Assembly (NCBI GenBank): GCA_963422375.2
Contig: OY729428.2
Location: 896,001 to 960,000 of the forward strand
Source: Bryobacterales bacterium
GTDB lineage: Bacteria; Acidobacteriota; Terriglobia; Bryobacterales; UBA6623
Length of the DNA: 64,000 nt
Reading direction: 5' to 3'
The translations under genes were made by a program, and so were the position numbers. Positions 8,675-19,709 of this stretch are shown in pieces (position 1 is the stretch's first letter; each line of letters begins with the position of its first letter). The notes beneath the pieces were generated by a model that saw only the letters and a list, made by a program, of their open reading frames with translations, was not told the DNA's origin and did no database searches.

Positions 8675-11521
8675 TCAGCCGACATGGCCCCGAGGCGGCT
8701 TCCTTGCCCGCGGCCGACTCCCGGCCTTGTCCGCAGATCCCCTAGCAATCGGAGCCTGCATGCGCTCATAGAGGGCGAACAGGTGTTCGACGCGTTCGCG
8801 CTCCGAAGCGAATCGAGTCTTGCGGTATAGGCGGTCCACTGCGCGATCAAGGGCTTGGTGAGCGCGTCGCAGGTTCGGCGGCATCAGGTCGGGGTCGTAG
8901 AGTTCCGCCAGCGTCGCGGTGGGGTGGGCGGCCCGGGCGTCGAGGAGGGCCCGTGCGAGCGGTTCCAGAGGTGAGGGGCCAGCCTGCCCGCTCGCGAGGG
9001 CGGGCGGCGTTGGGAAAGTGTTGTAGACGACGCCGACGGAATACATGTAATCGCTTTTCATCCGGCCGGTTACCGCCCGCATCCATGCCATGTGCATGGC
9101 CGACGTGAGCAACGCGAACTCCGCGAGGGTCGCGTCGGGCAGCAGCCGAAGCTTGTCGCTTGGGATGACCAGAGGGGCCAGCCAGCCGATCGGGACGTAT
9201 TCGCGCCGTTCGGAGCTAACTTGCGGCACCACTAGGAAGGGGGCGGTCGGCAAGACATTCACGTGAAAGAGCGTCGGCGATGCGGCCAGTCTTCGGGTCG
9301 GCTGGCTCTTGCTGGCCTGCCGGTAGGCGCGAACGGCGGCGACACGCTCGCGGATCCGCGGCAGACGGGCCAGCTCCGCTGGCGAGGCTTCGTGCAAGGC
9401 GAGAATCCAGCGGGCACCGCCTCGCAAGTATTCGCGCGCGCCCACGAAGGGACGCAGGAACCGAGCGGCATCCGGCTCGGATTCCAGCAAGGCCCGCCTC
9501 TTTGCGGCGTTGAATATGTACCAGCCGTTGTCGATCGGCTTCGAGCCCGTGATCAGTCTTCGCATCCCATTGACGGGCCGCCTCTCCTCGCGCACGACCA
9601 CGTGCGGGTCGGCCAGCGCTCCGCCGTCGAGCAGGTACGGCGTGATCGCGGCGGAGCGGCTCTCCATCGGCTCTCCCTTCACGTCCGGGTACCAGAACAG
9701 GCGCCTGTCCCGCGGAACGTGCTCGGCTGCGTCCAGCCCGATGACGATGACATGCACGTGGGCCTTGCCGCGGGCGTCGGACCCCCAAGCGAAGGTCCGG
9801 TGCGCGAAGGCGACCTCGAGACGGTGACGGTCGTACAGCAGCGGCCACAGCTGCGCCGCCTGCTCGCCCTGGGTGATGGAGTTGGTCGCGACGAAGGCGA
9901 TGCGAGGCGGCCGCCCGGCGCTCTCCGCCCGAGGGTGCCGCACGTACTCCCCGGCCCGCACAAACCACGCGGCGACGTAGTCGAGCGTGCCGCCGCTGCC
10001 GCCGAGCGCAGCCACGCGGCGCACCTGCGCCCGCTGCGCCGGCGACTGGAACTTGGCGCCGCCGAACGGCGGGTTGCCGAACACGTACGCGCAGTCTCCC
10101 GGCGGCAGCACTTCGGCCCAGTCGATCTCCAAGGCATCGGCGCAGCGGATGCGCGGCGATTTCTCGAGCGGGATCCGGGCGTAGGTCTGCCCGAACTCCA
10201 GGCTCAGGCGGTTGTTCATGATGTGGTCCATCATCCAGAGGGCAGTTGAGGCAATGCGCGCCGGGAACGCGCCGAGCTCGATGCCGTGGAACTGGTCGAC
10301 GTCCACCGCGGACCGCACGTCGAGTTCCAGCTGCGCCGGTCCGGTGCGCGCCGCGACCTCCCGCAGGACGTCGATCTCCAGCGCCCGCAGCTCACGGTAG
10401 GCGATGATCAGGAAGTTGCCGCAGCCGCAGGCGGGGTCGAGGAAGCGGAGCGTGCCGAGCCGCTCGCGGAACTTCCGCAAGTCGGCCGCGGCCCGGCTGT
10501 CCCGGCGCGCCCGCAGCCGCCGGAACTCGTCTCCGAGGTCGTCGAGGAAGAGCGGCCCGAGCACCTTCAGGATGTTCTTCTCGGTGGTGTAGTGGGCGCC
10601 CTTGGCGCGGCGGTCGGCCGGATCCATGACCGATTGGAACAGCGCGCCGAACACGGCCGGGGAGATCGCGGTCCAGTCGAAGCGTCCCGCTTCCACCAGC
10701 GCCCGGCGCATCGCGGCGTCGAAGTCCGGGATGCGCGCGGGCTCGGCGAATAGCTCCCCGTTGACGTGGGGGAAGCGCGCCAGGTCCTCGTCCAATGCCC
10801 GCTGGCGCTGCTCCGGAGGGGTGTTCAGCGCTTGGAACAGGCGCGCCAGCCAGGGTCCGACGTCGGCCCCGTCGGCGGACGTGCGCTCCTCAACGAACTG
10901 CAGGAAGATGTCGCGGGGCTCGAAGATGCCCGTGTCGTCGGCGAACAGGCAGAACACGGTGCGGACCAGGAACAGCTGCAGGTCGCGGCCGGCGTAGCCC
11001 GACGCCTTTAGCGCGTCGTGCAGGCGGGCGACGAGCTCGGAGGCCTCGACGTTGACCGGGTCCTGGTCGCGGAAGGCGCGCCGCTGCACGCCGATGACGA
11101 AGCCGAACCTCTCGACGTGCCGGGGCAGGTCGGCGAGCGCGAAGCGGGCCTCCTCGCGCTCGTCCCGGTCAAGCAGCGCGAACGTCCGGAAGTCGCAGAG
11201 GAGCTGGTAGCGGGGCCGGTCCCGCTCGGGCAGGGCGTCGAAGTAGGCGCCGGCCTGCTCGCGCGCCGCACCGAGGTCGCGCCCCGCGCTCTTCTGCTCC
11301 ACCAGAAGCACCCCTGGCCAGAAGAGATCGATGAAGCCGGAAGTGTTGTCGAGTCGCTTGACGTGCTCCTCGTACCGAGCCACGGTGCGCCGCCGGACGC
11401 CGAAGATCTCGAAGAAATCGTTGTAGAAGCTCTGGGTCTCGCCCTTCTCGTACGTGGCGTCGGCCCACTCGCGGGCGAAGCTGGCGGCGCGCGCCCGGAT
11501 CTCGTTCCACGAGAGTCTCAT
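8675..11521 (-). CDS. MmeI-family Type IIL/IIG restriction-modification enzyme (fused nuclease, m6A methyltransferase, TRD)
   Basis: MRLSWNEIR start; FIDLFWPGVLLVEQKS (PD-ExK); GAHYTT; FLDPACGCGNF; GNPPF; SSERREYVPIG; LAELYDPDLMP..LRRAHQALDRAVD. Confidence 0.93.
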   Translation of the reverse strand: MRLSWNEIRARAASFAREWADATYEKGETQSFYNDFFEIFGVRRRTVARYEEHVKRLDNTSGFIDLFWPGVLLVEQKSAGRDLGAAREQAGAYFDALPERDRPRYQLLCDFRTFALLDRDEREEARFALADLPRHVERFGFVIGVQRRAFRDQDPVNVEASELVARLHDALKASGYAGRDLQLFLVRTVFCLFADDTGIFEPRDIFLQFVEERTSADGADVGPWLARLFQALNTPPEQRQRALDEDLARFPHVNGELFAEPARIPDFDAAMRRALVEAGRFDWTAISPAVFGALFQSVMDPADRRAKGAHYTTEKNILKVLGPLFLDDLGDEFRRLRARRDSRAAADLRKFRERLGTLRFLDPACGCGNFLIIAYRELRALEIDVLREVAARTGPAQLELDVRSAVDVDQFHGIELGAFPARIASTALWMMDHIMNNRLSLEFGQTYARIPLEKSPRIRCADALEIDWAEVLPPGDCAYVFGNPPFGGAKFQSPAQRAQVRRVAALGGSGGTLDYVAAWFVRAGEYVRHPRAESAGRPPRIAFVATNSITQGEQAAQLWPLLYDRHRLEVAFAHRTFAWGSDARGKAHVHVIVIGLDAAEHVPRDRRLFWYPDVKGEPMESRSAAITPYLLDGGALADPHVVVREERRPVNGMRRLITGSKPIDNGWYIFNAAKRRALLESEPDAARFLRPFVGAREYLRGGARWILALHEASPAELARLPRIRERVAAVRAYRQASKSQPTRRLAASPTLFHVNVLPTAPFLVVPQVSSERREYVPIGWLAPLVIPSDKLRLLPDATLAEFALLTSAMHMAWMRAVTGRMKSDYMYSVGVVYNTFPTPPALASGQAGPSPLEPLARALLDARAAHPTATLAELYDPDLMPPNLRRAHQALDRAVDRLYRKTRFASERERVEHLFALYERMQAPIARGSADKAGSRPRARKPPRGHVG

Positions 11522-12330
11522 TGCCGCAGACCCCATCATGCTACGGCTGTCGACCCGGGCTACCGAATCGGCTCCGGCCGGTTGCATGACGGCGCTCGCG
11601 CGAGGAGCGACCTCTTGGACTGCGTAACATTAGGGCAGGTCCGAGACGTCGCGGTAAGACACGAGCCGGTAGAGCCGTTGGCGCAGGCCATCCGAGGGCT
11701 CAGGCATATCTCCGTCCCCCTTCTCTGCACTAGCCATTACCCGCGGCTATCCACTTGCCTCCGTTCGTGTTATTGACCTCTGGAACTGAAGGAATAACGG
11801 TAGGATAAAAGAAGATTCTCATTGGAATGAAAATGAACTATTTCACAATAGACTCTTCCTATAATGAGAGATATTTGGCTAGAATAGAATCTGTATTTCT
11901 ACTCAGTCTCTGGTGTATTCTGGACACTAAGTTCACGGATTTACCAGTTCTAAACCCCAATGATTCATCCGAACTTGCTTGACATGAATAGACGTGTGCT
12001 CGTAAGATGGAGCTTGAACTTCAATCTGTCCGGCCGCCTTTAGGTGGCGTGCCACGGGATGCGGGTCGTCGTCTCAGAATGGTACTAAGTCGCAGTTCCG
12101 GAGAATTGCTTTCAGAAGAATCCAATTCCGACGATTTTCATGACTCTCTACAAGGAACAACACAAGGGAATCAGTTTTTGAAGTATATTCTTGAATCGAA
12201 ACTTCTCAATCGATCACCCCATCCTATGGGGCTAGTGTCAAGGCCAATCTCACTACATATTCGACAAGATAATCGAAGTATTATGACTTCGTATTGTTCA
12301 ACTTAGTGTCGCATCTTACTGAATTTCCTA

Positions 12331-13378
12331 CCTGATTACCAACGAACGTCAGCCGAGGATATGCTATACTGAAGGAGGTCGGAAGTCTCTGATAGGAAAG
12401 GGGACAGCAGATGAAACGCAATCGCGTGCAATTCCAGAAGGGACTCAGTCTGGGCAAGTTCCTGCAGCGCTACGGCAGCGAGGGGCCATGCGAGCAGGCC
12501 GTCTTCAACGCCCGCTGGCCGGACGGCTTCCGCTGCCCGGAGTGCGGCTCCCGAGGGCACTGCCGCATCCGCTCCCGCAAGCTCTGGCAGTGCAACGCCT
12601 GCCACCGCCGGACCTCCCTCGTCGCCGGCACGATCTTCGCCGCCACCAAGCTGCCGCTGACCGTCTGGTTCCTGGCGATGCACCTGCTGACGCAGGGCAA
12701 GCACGGCGTTTCCTCGCTGGAACTGGCGCGGCAGCTGGGGGTCAGCCGGAACACGGCCTGGAAGATGAAGCACAAGCTCCTGCAAGTGATGAAGGAGCGC
12801 GACGAGCGCCTGCCGCTGGGCGGCATCGTGCAGGTGGACGACGCCTACTGGGGCGGGGAGCGGAGCGGCGGCAAGCGCGGGCGCGGCGCGGCGGGCAAGA
12901 CGCCGTTCGTCGCCGCCGTGCAGGTCACCGCCGCCGGCCAGCCGGCAAGGATGCGCCTGAGCAGCGTGGCGGGCTTCCGCAACAAGACGCTGGCAGCGTG
13001 GGCCGGGCGGCACTTGCAGCCCGGCACGGAGGTGCATTCCGACGGCCCGGCCTGCTTCCGGGGCGTGGCCGACGCCGGCTGCGAGCACGTGCCGACCGTC
13101 ACCGGAGGCGGGAAGCGGAGCTGCGGGGATTCCCGCTTCGTCCGGGTCAACGTCCGGGTCAACACGATGCTGGCGCACGTCAAGCAGTCCCTGGCGGGAA
13201 CCTGCCATGCGCTCGACGGCAAGCACCTGCCGCGGTACCTCGCCGAGTTCCGCTACCGCTTCAACCGTCGCTACGATCTGGCGGTGCTGCTGGTCCCCCG
13301 CCTGCTCCACGCCTCCGTGCGCACCCCGCCCATGCCTTACCGCCTCCTAACCTTGGCTGAGTCTTGTGGGTAATCAGG
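12331..13378 (+). mobile_element. IS1595-family insertion sequence, complete (1048 bp)
   Basis: TIRs CCTGATTACC...TCAGCC and GGCTGA...GGTAATCAGG; perfect 8-bp target duplication ATTTCCTA at 12323-12330 and 13379-13386; extended -10 TGcTATACT at 12362-12370. Confidence 0.95.
12411..13373 (+). CDS. IS1595-family transposase
   Basis: QFQKGLSL N-terminus; Zn ribbon CPECG..WQCNACH; QVDDAYWGG, HSDG, YLAEFRYRFNRR. Confidence 0.95.
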   Translation: MKRNRVQFQKGLSLGKFLQRYGSEGPCEQAVFNARWPDGFRCPECGSRGHCRIRSRKLWQCNACHRRTSLVAGTIFAATKLPLTVWFLAMHLLTQGKHGVSSLELARQLGVSRNTAWKMKHKLLQVMKERDERLPLGGIVQVDDAYWGGERSGGKRGRGAAGKTPFVAAVQVTAAGQPARMRLSSVAGFRNKTLAAWAGRHLQPGTEVHSDGPACFRGVADAGCEHVPTVTGGGKRSCGDSRFVRVNVRVNTMLAHVKQSLAGTCHALDGKHLPRYLAEFRYRFNRRYDLAVLLVPRLLHASVRTPPMPYRLLTLAESCG

Positions 13379-14177
13379 ATTTCCTATGAATGCATTCTCA
13401 GCTTGGCGGTGGCAAGCAATGGTCCTTGCTAGCATGTTCACGGTGTCGCGGAGAATGCGACTCCCAGTCGTGATCGCTATCAGCTCCCGAACCATCTCGC
13501 AATAATTATGCTGAGCCTTGTCCGCCAAGAAGATTCTTGAGGAATCCGACGAAAGGTCCACCAACGTCGCTCTCTTGGGCATCAGGTCCCGTGCGTGACA
13601 CGCCACGGCGAAATGCGATGCAGACAAGGGGACCCGACTCCCGTGTGATGCTGAAGCGCCATTCTCCGCCGATTCTGTGTTCTCGTAACGGCTCGGTCAG
13701 CAGCGAATTGGCACGGGAAGACAGGATCTCGGGGATCTGCCTGTCACGCTCGTCGACGCGCACGACACTTCGAATGCGCCCCGACAACTCGGTCCCTGCT
13801 GAGTCGACCGCGGAGCACCTCGCGACCAAGCCGTCTTCCGCATGCACCCCCTCGCCTGCTATCCCGAAGTCGCTGGGAAATCGTACATCTCAGGAGTCTC
13901 GCTAGGCGGTGCCGGATTTCTGGCTCTTGCTACGTCGATGCTCGGGCCGCGCACCGGCCTGCGACGTCCGCTCGCGCTGGCTGGCGTCACACTGCGTGTC
14001 CGTGCCAATACGTCTGCCTTCTCTCCTCGCGGCCGAGCCGACGACCGATTCGCCGAGCGCGCGCGAACGTGCTCTGAGAGGGGCGGTGACCCCGCCCTGC
14101 TGTTCTCATCGTCATGCACGTCCCGCCAGCAAGCAACTCGCTGCCAAGGCCGGTATGGGGAGAGTTGCCGGTCATCC

Positions 14178-14225
14178 GCCGTTGCCCGCCACCGCCCCAA
14201 TGCCGTTGCCCGCCACCGCCCCAAT
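14178..14225. repeat. 24-bp tandem duplication
   Basis: GCCGTTGCCCGCCACCGCCCCAAT x2, perfect. Confidence 0.9.
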
Positions 14226-14463
14226 CACGAGGGCAGGCATCTCGGGCCGAGACCGATGTCGCGAGAGGCTACGAACCGGGCCTGCCAAGCCTGTCAGCAC
14301 GCACCCTGCTCGGACCAGAGCAGCCCCGCGCTGATGAGAAGCGTGCCGGGCCGCGCCCCTGCGGACTGCCGTCCGCGGGTGCGTCCCCACTTGTAGGTTT
14401 CCGGCAGGAGGTTTACGATGGAGTTTAGAGCGGTGGCATACGTCCCCGCTAGAAGGCAGAGAA

Positions 14464-15348
14464 ATGTTCGACACGGTGGAGTTTCGCCTCAAGGTCGGGT
14501 TGGCGGAACAGCTCAAGGGCGGCGTCATCATGGACGTCACCAACGCGGAGCAGGCCCGCATCGCCGAAGACGCCGGCGCCGCGGCGGTCATGGCGCTCGA
14601 ACGAGTCCCGGCTGACATTCGCCGAGACGGCGGCGTGGCCCGCATGGCCAGCATCAGCAAGATCCGCGAAATCATGGCTACGGTCACCATCCCCGTGATG
14701 GCCAAGGCGCGCATCGGGCATTTCGCCGAGGCCAAGGTGCTCGAGGCCCTCAAGGTCGATTACATCGACGAGAGCGAAGTGCTCACTCCCGCCGACGAGG
14801 AGTTCCACATCGAGAAGCACGCGTTCCGCACTCCTTTCGTGTGCGGCGCCCGCGACCTCGGCGAGGCGCTGCGGCGCATCCACGAGGGCGCGGCGATGAT
14901 CCGCACCAAGGGCGAGGCCGGATCGGGCAACATTGTCGAGGCCGTGCGGCACATGCGCTCGATCCGCCAGGAATTGCTGCGATTGACGACCCTCCAACCC
15001 GAATCGCTGCTGGAATACTCGACCGAAGTGGGGGTGCCCCCGAGCCTCGTCGAGTCGGTGGCCGCGCAAGAGCGCTTGCCCGTGCCAAACTTCTGCGCGG
15101 GCGGCATCGCGACTCCGGCAGACGCGGCCTTGGTCATGAGCCTCGGCGCGGAAGCGGTGTTCGTGGGTTCCGGTATTTTCAAGTCCGAAGATCCCGAGCG
15201 CAGGGCGGCGGCGGTCGTGAAGGCTACGACTTTCTTCAGCGACCCCGAGAAGGTGCTGGAAGCCTCCGAGGAACTCCAGGACGCAATGCCCGGACTGGAC
15301 GTGGCGAAATTGGAGCCCACAGAGATGCTTCAGACCCGGGGGAGGTAG
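14464..15348 (+). CDS. pdxS: pyridoxal 5'-phosphate synthase, lyase subunit
   Basis: [50 protein letters not shown]. Confidence 0.97.
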   Translation: MFDTVEFRLKVGLAEQLKGGVIMDVTNAEQARIAEDAGAAAVMALERVPADIRRDGGVARMASISKIREIMATVTIPVMAKARIGHFAEAKVLEALKVDYIDESEVLTPADEEFHIEKHAFRTPFVCGARDLGEALRRIHEGAAMIRTKGEAGSGNIVEAVRHMRSIRQELLRLTTLQPESLLEYSTEVGVPPSLVESVAAQERLPVPNFCAGGIATPADAALVMSLGAEAVFVGSGIFKSEDPERRAAAVVKATTFFSDPEKVLEASEELQDAMPGLDVAKLEPTEMLQTRGR

Positions 15349-15401
15349 GGCCTTCAAGGGCCCCCAGTCCCCCGATTCGCCCCGTAGCTCGGGACCGCGT
15401 G

Positions 15402-16007
15402 ATGAATATCGGCGTTCTCGCGCTGCAGGGCGACTTTGAAGCGCACTCGCGTCGCCTTTCGCAACTCGGCGCGCGCGCCGTCGAGGTGCGCTACGCCCGG
15501 CAGCTTGACGAGCTAGACGGCCTCGTGCTGCCCGGCGGCGAGAGCACCACGAACCTGTTGCTTCTGGAACAGGAGGGACTGTGGGACCCTCTGCTGCAAT
15601 TCGCCAGGGTCCAGCCCGTGCTGGGCACCTGCGCGGGAGCCATCCTGCTGGCTTCAGATGTGGCTAACCCACGCCAGTCATCGCTCGGAGCGATCAATAT
15701 GCGCATCGAGCGCAACGCCTACGGCCGACAGCTGGACAGCTCGATTCGTGCGGTTCGGCCCGAGCCGGCATTCCTGGCGCGGACTCGGAACGGACCGCTG
15801 GAGGCCGTATTCATTCGCGCGCCCATCATCCGGTCCGTGGGGCCAGGAGTGGAGGTGCTCTTGCGGGATGGCGCGGACCCAATCCTGGTCGAGCAGGGCC
15901 TCCACCTAGCGGCGACCTTTCACGCCGAACTCACCGCCGACACCAGGCTCCACGAGCTCTTCCTCGCGAAAGTGGGTCGCGAGCGACCTGCCGAGAACGA
16001 GTGCTGA
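15402..16007 (+). CDS. pdxT: pyridoxal 5'-phosphate synthase, glutaminase subunit
   Basis: IGVLALQGDF, LPGGEST, GTCAG, RNAYGRQ, FIRAP, FHAEL; start placed at ATG 15402. Confidence 0.95.
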   Translation: MNIGVLALQGDFEAHSRRLSQLGARAVEVRYARQLDELDGLVLPGGESTTNLLLLEQEGLWDPLLQFARVQPVLGTCAGAILLASDVANPRQSSLGAINMRIERNAYGRQLDSSIRAVRPEPAFLARTRNGPLEAVFIRAPIIRSVGPGVEVLLRDGADPILVEQGLHLAATFHAELTADTRLHELFLAKVGRERPAENEC

Positions 16008-16445
16008 GCGCAGCGCGCGGCGAGCAGGCGCCACGGAGTCGCCCACGACGGGGCCCGGGATCGCGAGACATCTCGGGGCGCGGCCGCCTTGTCACGCCAG
16101 CCGCGGCGTGTTCCGCTTCCCGGCAGTCTGCGAGAAGCCCGCTTCTTTCGTGGCGAGCGCCTGAGGATGGCACCGGGCCCTAGCCGACATAGCCGACTTC
16201 TCGTACCGGATCTGGCCGGAGGCACCCGGGGCACACCGCCGGAGGCCCTCAGCCAGCCTTGCATGCTCGCTCGCTCCGACGCTAGTCCGCGCGACGCCGA
16301 CTTCAGCGGGAACCAGGCGATCAGGCCTCCACTCGGAATCCTCGAACCTGTCGCGAAGGTCGCGTCCGGCGCGGCTGCTCGGCTCGCAACCCGCGCTCTT
16401 TTGGCATCTCGCCGGACGTGTCCGCGACATTCCGAGAGACCGTCG

Positions 16446-19400
16446 CTAGAAGATGTACTTCAGACCGAGCTGCAGGTTGCGGGGCCGCCCGGCCCCGGTG
16501 ATGCGCCCGAAGTTGTTGTTGCCGACTTCGGAATTCGGGAAACCGAAGACAGGTGTGTTGGTGAAGTTGAAGCTTTCGAATCGGAATTGGAACGAATGAC
16601 TCTCCGAAATCGCGAAGCGCTTGTACACGGCGAAGTCCCAGTTAGCCAGGCCCGGGCCCAAAAGGACGTTACGCCCGGCATTGCCGTATTCGTACTCGTC
16701 GTTGGGGACGAAGGCGTCCGTGTTGAACCATCTCTCCGGATCCCTCGCGCCGCGAGCGAGATGCGGGTCCGCACCCGCAACCACGTTCGGCCGGCTGAAG
16801 TTCCCGTTGTTCAGCGGATTCCCGCGAACGCTCAGGCCGAACGGCCGTCCCGACGCGAACGACACGATGCCGGCCAACGTCCAGCCGCCCAGGACCGCGT
16901 CGGCCGGGCCGGCCCACGTGCTGCCCCAGCGGCGGCCGCGTCCCCAAGGAAGGTCGTATATGTAGCTGCTCACCAAGCTGTGCTCGCGGTGCTGGTTGTC
17001 CAAGCTGCGCTCCGCCCTGCGGTTCAGCGGGTCTTGGATGCCGCTATTGGGCGCGTTGCCCGAACCCGAGAACCCGGCCACGTCGCCGATATTCTTCGAC
17101 CAGACGTACGCCCCCAAGAGCGTGAAGCCGTTCGCGTAGCGACGCTCCAAGCGGGTCTGGAACGAATGGAACAGGGAGTTGCCGTTGAAGTCGTGGCGGT
17201 TCATCGCAGCCAGAGGCCCGACCACGATGCTGGTCCCCGGGAAGACTGCCTGGGTGTACCGCCGCCGGGCGTTGATGTTGCCGGGACCGGGCAGCGCGTA
17301 GTTGCCGTCCATACGATTCACGAGATGCTGGGCCTTGGTGCCGTAGTATCCGATTTCCCAGACTGTGTTCGCTCCGAGCGAGTGCTGGATGTTGAGATTC
17401 CACTGCTGGGAAATCGGCCAAGGCGGGTCGCGCTCGAACGACGAGAAGCGCAAGCTGACCGCACGCTCCGGCGTCACCACCCCGTCGGGCACGCCGCTAC
17501 GCAGGAGCACCGACGGCCTGATGCTGTCGGTCGAGATCTGCGACTTGATGTGGAAGGGCGGGTTCGTCTCGAGGAACTGGCCGCCGCCGGTGCCTTCGTA
17601 GTTGGCGTAGAAGACGCCGTAGCCGCCTCGCAGCACGGTCCCTTCGAAAACCTTGTAGGCGAATCCGAAACGCGGCGCGAAGTTGTTCATGTCCGGCGCG
17701 AGCGTCGCTCGCGACTCGATGCTGCCGTCGGTGGCCAGGAAGAACGTCGGGTTGGCCGGGTCGGTGTCGATGTCGAAGTTCGAGATACCGTTGTCCTTGT
17801 CGTACCACGGCATGTTCAGCTCGTAGCGCAGCCCCAAGTTCAACGTGAGCCGGTCGTTGACCCGCCATTCGTCCTGCAGGTAGAAGTGCTGCCAAGGGGC
17901 GCGCAGATTCATGTAGACGGAGTTCGAGATGTCCGTGCGGAACGGGATTCCTAGGAGGAAGTCCGCGACGGGGCGGCCGCCCCGCCCGCCCTCGACGTTC
18001 TGGGTCTGGCGGGAGAAGTTGCCGTTGAATATGAACTGGCCGAGTTCCTGCTGGGGATTCGTCAGATAGCTCTGCAGGAGCTGCAGCGAGTAGCCGAACT
18101 TCACGCTGTGGCTTCCCGTCGTCCAGTTCGTGTCCACGTTGAGCTGGCGGTTCTGGGAATCGATCAGGTTGGGCGTGAAGTTCGACGTTCCGATCTGCCG
18201 CATGCCGCTGATCGAGAACCGCGCGGCGCCGCGCAGCGACTGGTCGACGCCGGTCAGCCCCAGCTCCTGGTTGAGGTTCGCGTCGGCCAGCGCCTGGCGA
18301 TTGGTGTAGATGCGGTTCCAGCCGAGCTTGATGTTGGTGATGAGCGTCGGCGTGAAGATGTGGTTCCAACCGAGAGCCATGTTCTGGCCGCGGTGACTGA
18401 ACTCCGTTCCGTCACCGTCCTGCTTCGAGGGGAACCGGATCGGAGAGGGGACGTAGCTGTCCTGCTGGCTGTAGCGCCAGAACAGGTTGTCGCTGGCGCC
18501 GACGACGTGGTCGATCTTGACATCCCACTTGTCGTCGTCCTCGTTATCCGGGGAGGCCGTGCGCCAGTTCCGCGTGAGGCCCGGAGCGTTGGGCGCGGGG
18601 TAGTAACCGCTGGCCTTGCGCGCTACCGGGTCGATCCGCGTGTCGGGAACGCGATTGTTGGGAAACGGCTGCCGCAGGTTGGTCGCCTCGTCGTAGGTGT
18701 CCGGGTCGTAGACGGTCTGGCTCACGCCGCTGAAGTCGCCCGCAAGCTGGTCTTGCGTGGGAATCGTCAGGACGAAAGTCGCCGACTCGCGGATCCGCGT
18801 GGCCTCGTAGTCGTGAAAAAAGAAGGTCGAGTTGCGCTTGATCGGGCCGCCCACCGAGTAGCCGTACTGGTTGCGCTTGAAGGGCGGCTTCGGCGCGTTG
18901 GGGTTGTCGAAGAAATTCTTCGCGTCGAGCTTGTCGTTCCTCAGGAACTCGAAGACAGTGCCGTGCAGGGCGTTCGTTCCCGACTTGATCGACACGTTGA
19001 CCGTGCCGCCGAGGGCGCGGCCCGACTCGGCCCCGTAAGCGTTCGTCGAGATCTTGAACTCCTCGACCGCGTCGATCGAGGGCTTCACCACCTCGGCCCG
19101 GCGCCCTTGGGCGGCGATCTGCAGGCCGTTGTTGTCCACGCCGTCCAGCGTGTAGTTGTTCTGCGTCGTGCGCTGGCCGCCCGCGCTGTAGCCGCCGAAG
19201 CGCCCGCCGATCGGCCGGATCGCTCCTGCCGACAGCAGGGCGAGCTGGATGTAGTCGCGCCCGTTGAGCGGCATATCGACGATGCGCTGGTTGTTGATCA
19301 CCTGCCCTTGCGTCGCTTCCGTCGTCTCGAGCAGCACCGCGTCCGCGGTGACGTCCACGACCTCGGTCACGTCACCGATCTCGAGCGCGACGTCGATCAC

Positions 19401-19709
19401 GGCCGTCTCCTGCAGTTCCAAGTTGATTCCCGAGCGGACGGCCCGCTTGAATCCGTCGGACTCGTACTCCACCCGGTACTCGCCGATCCGCAGCGGCACG
19501 GAGCGGTAGAGACCGTCGGCCCCCGAGAAGGCCGTCGAGTCCTGACCTGTCTCGACATGGACGAACCTCACGGCGGCACCGGGGATCACGGCGCCCGTCG
19601 AGTCGCTGACGACCCCCTGGATCCGCGCGGTCTCTATCTGGCCCAGCGACGCGGACGCCAAGCCGAAGGCAACGGCAAGGCACCCCGCAACAAACTTCAA
19701 ACGTGGCAT
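16446..19709 (-). CDS. TonB-dependent receptor, Oar-like
   Basis: signal peptide; DSTGAVIPGA, MPLNGRDYIQL, FLRNDKLDAKNFF, NFAPRFGFAY; terminal YIF. Confidence 0.93.
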   Translation of the reverse strand: MPRLKFVAGCLAVAFGLASASLGQIETARIQGVVSDSTGAVIPGAAVRFVHVETGQDSTAFSGADGLYRSVPLRIGEYRVEYESDGFKRAVRSGINLELQETAVIDVALEIGDVTEVVDVTADAVLLETTEATQGQVINNQRIVDMPLNGRDYIQLALLSAGAIRPIGGRFGGYSAGGQRTTQNNYTLDGVDNNGLQIAAQGRRAEVVKPSIDAVEEFKISTNAYGAESGRALGGTVNVSIKSGTNALHGTVFEFLRNDKLDAKNFFDNPNAPKPPFKRNQYGYSVGGPIKRNSTFFFHDYEATRIRESATFVLTIPTQDQLAGDFSGVSQTVYDPDTYDEATNLRQPFPNNRVPDTRIDPVARKASGYYPAPNAPGLTRNWRTASPDNEDDDKWDVKIDHVVGASDNLFWRYSQQDSYVPSPIRFPSKQDGDGTEFSHRGQNMALGWNHIFTPTLITNIKLGWNRIYTNRQALADANLNQELGLTGVDQSLRGAARFSISGMRQIGTSNFTPNLIDSQNRQLNVDTNWTTGSHSVKFGYSLQLLQSYLTNPQQELGQFIFNGNFSRQTQNVEGGRGGRPVADFLLGIPFRTDISNSVYMNLRAPWQHFYLQDEWRVNDRLTLNLGLRYELNMPWYDKDNGISNFDIDTDPANPTFFLATDGSIESRATLAPDMNNFAPRFGFAYKVFEGTVLRGGYGVFYANYEGTGGGQFLETNPPFHIKSQISTDSIRPSVLLRSGVPDGVVTPERAVSLRFSSFERDPPWPISQQWNLNIQHSLGANTVWEIGYYGTKAQHLVNRMDGNYALPGPGNINARRRYTQAVFPGTSIVVGPLAAMNRHDFNGNSLFHSFQTRLERRYANGFTLLGAYVWSKNIGDVAGFSGSGNAPNSGIQDPLNRRAERSLDNQHREHSLVSSYIYDLPWGRGRRWGSTWAGPADAVLGGWTLAGIVSFASGRPFGLSVRGNPLNNGNFSRPNVVAGADPHLARGARDPERWFNTDAFVPNDEYEYGNAGRNVLLGPGLANWDFAVYKRFAISESHSFQFRFESFNFTNTPVFGFPNSEVGNNNFGRITGAGRPRNLQLGLKYIF

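Noticed and set aside
11923..12310. 11-bp inverted repeat GACACTAAGTT/AACTTAGTGTC as element ends
   Set aside because: Short, does not extend, no target duplication; plausible by chance in AT-rich DNA
13660..13670. TCTCCGCC as an attR copy of the tRNA 3' end
   Set aside because: Only about 8 bp in GC-rich DNA, and no integrase nearby
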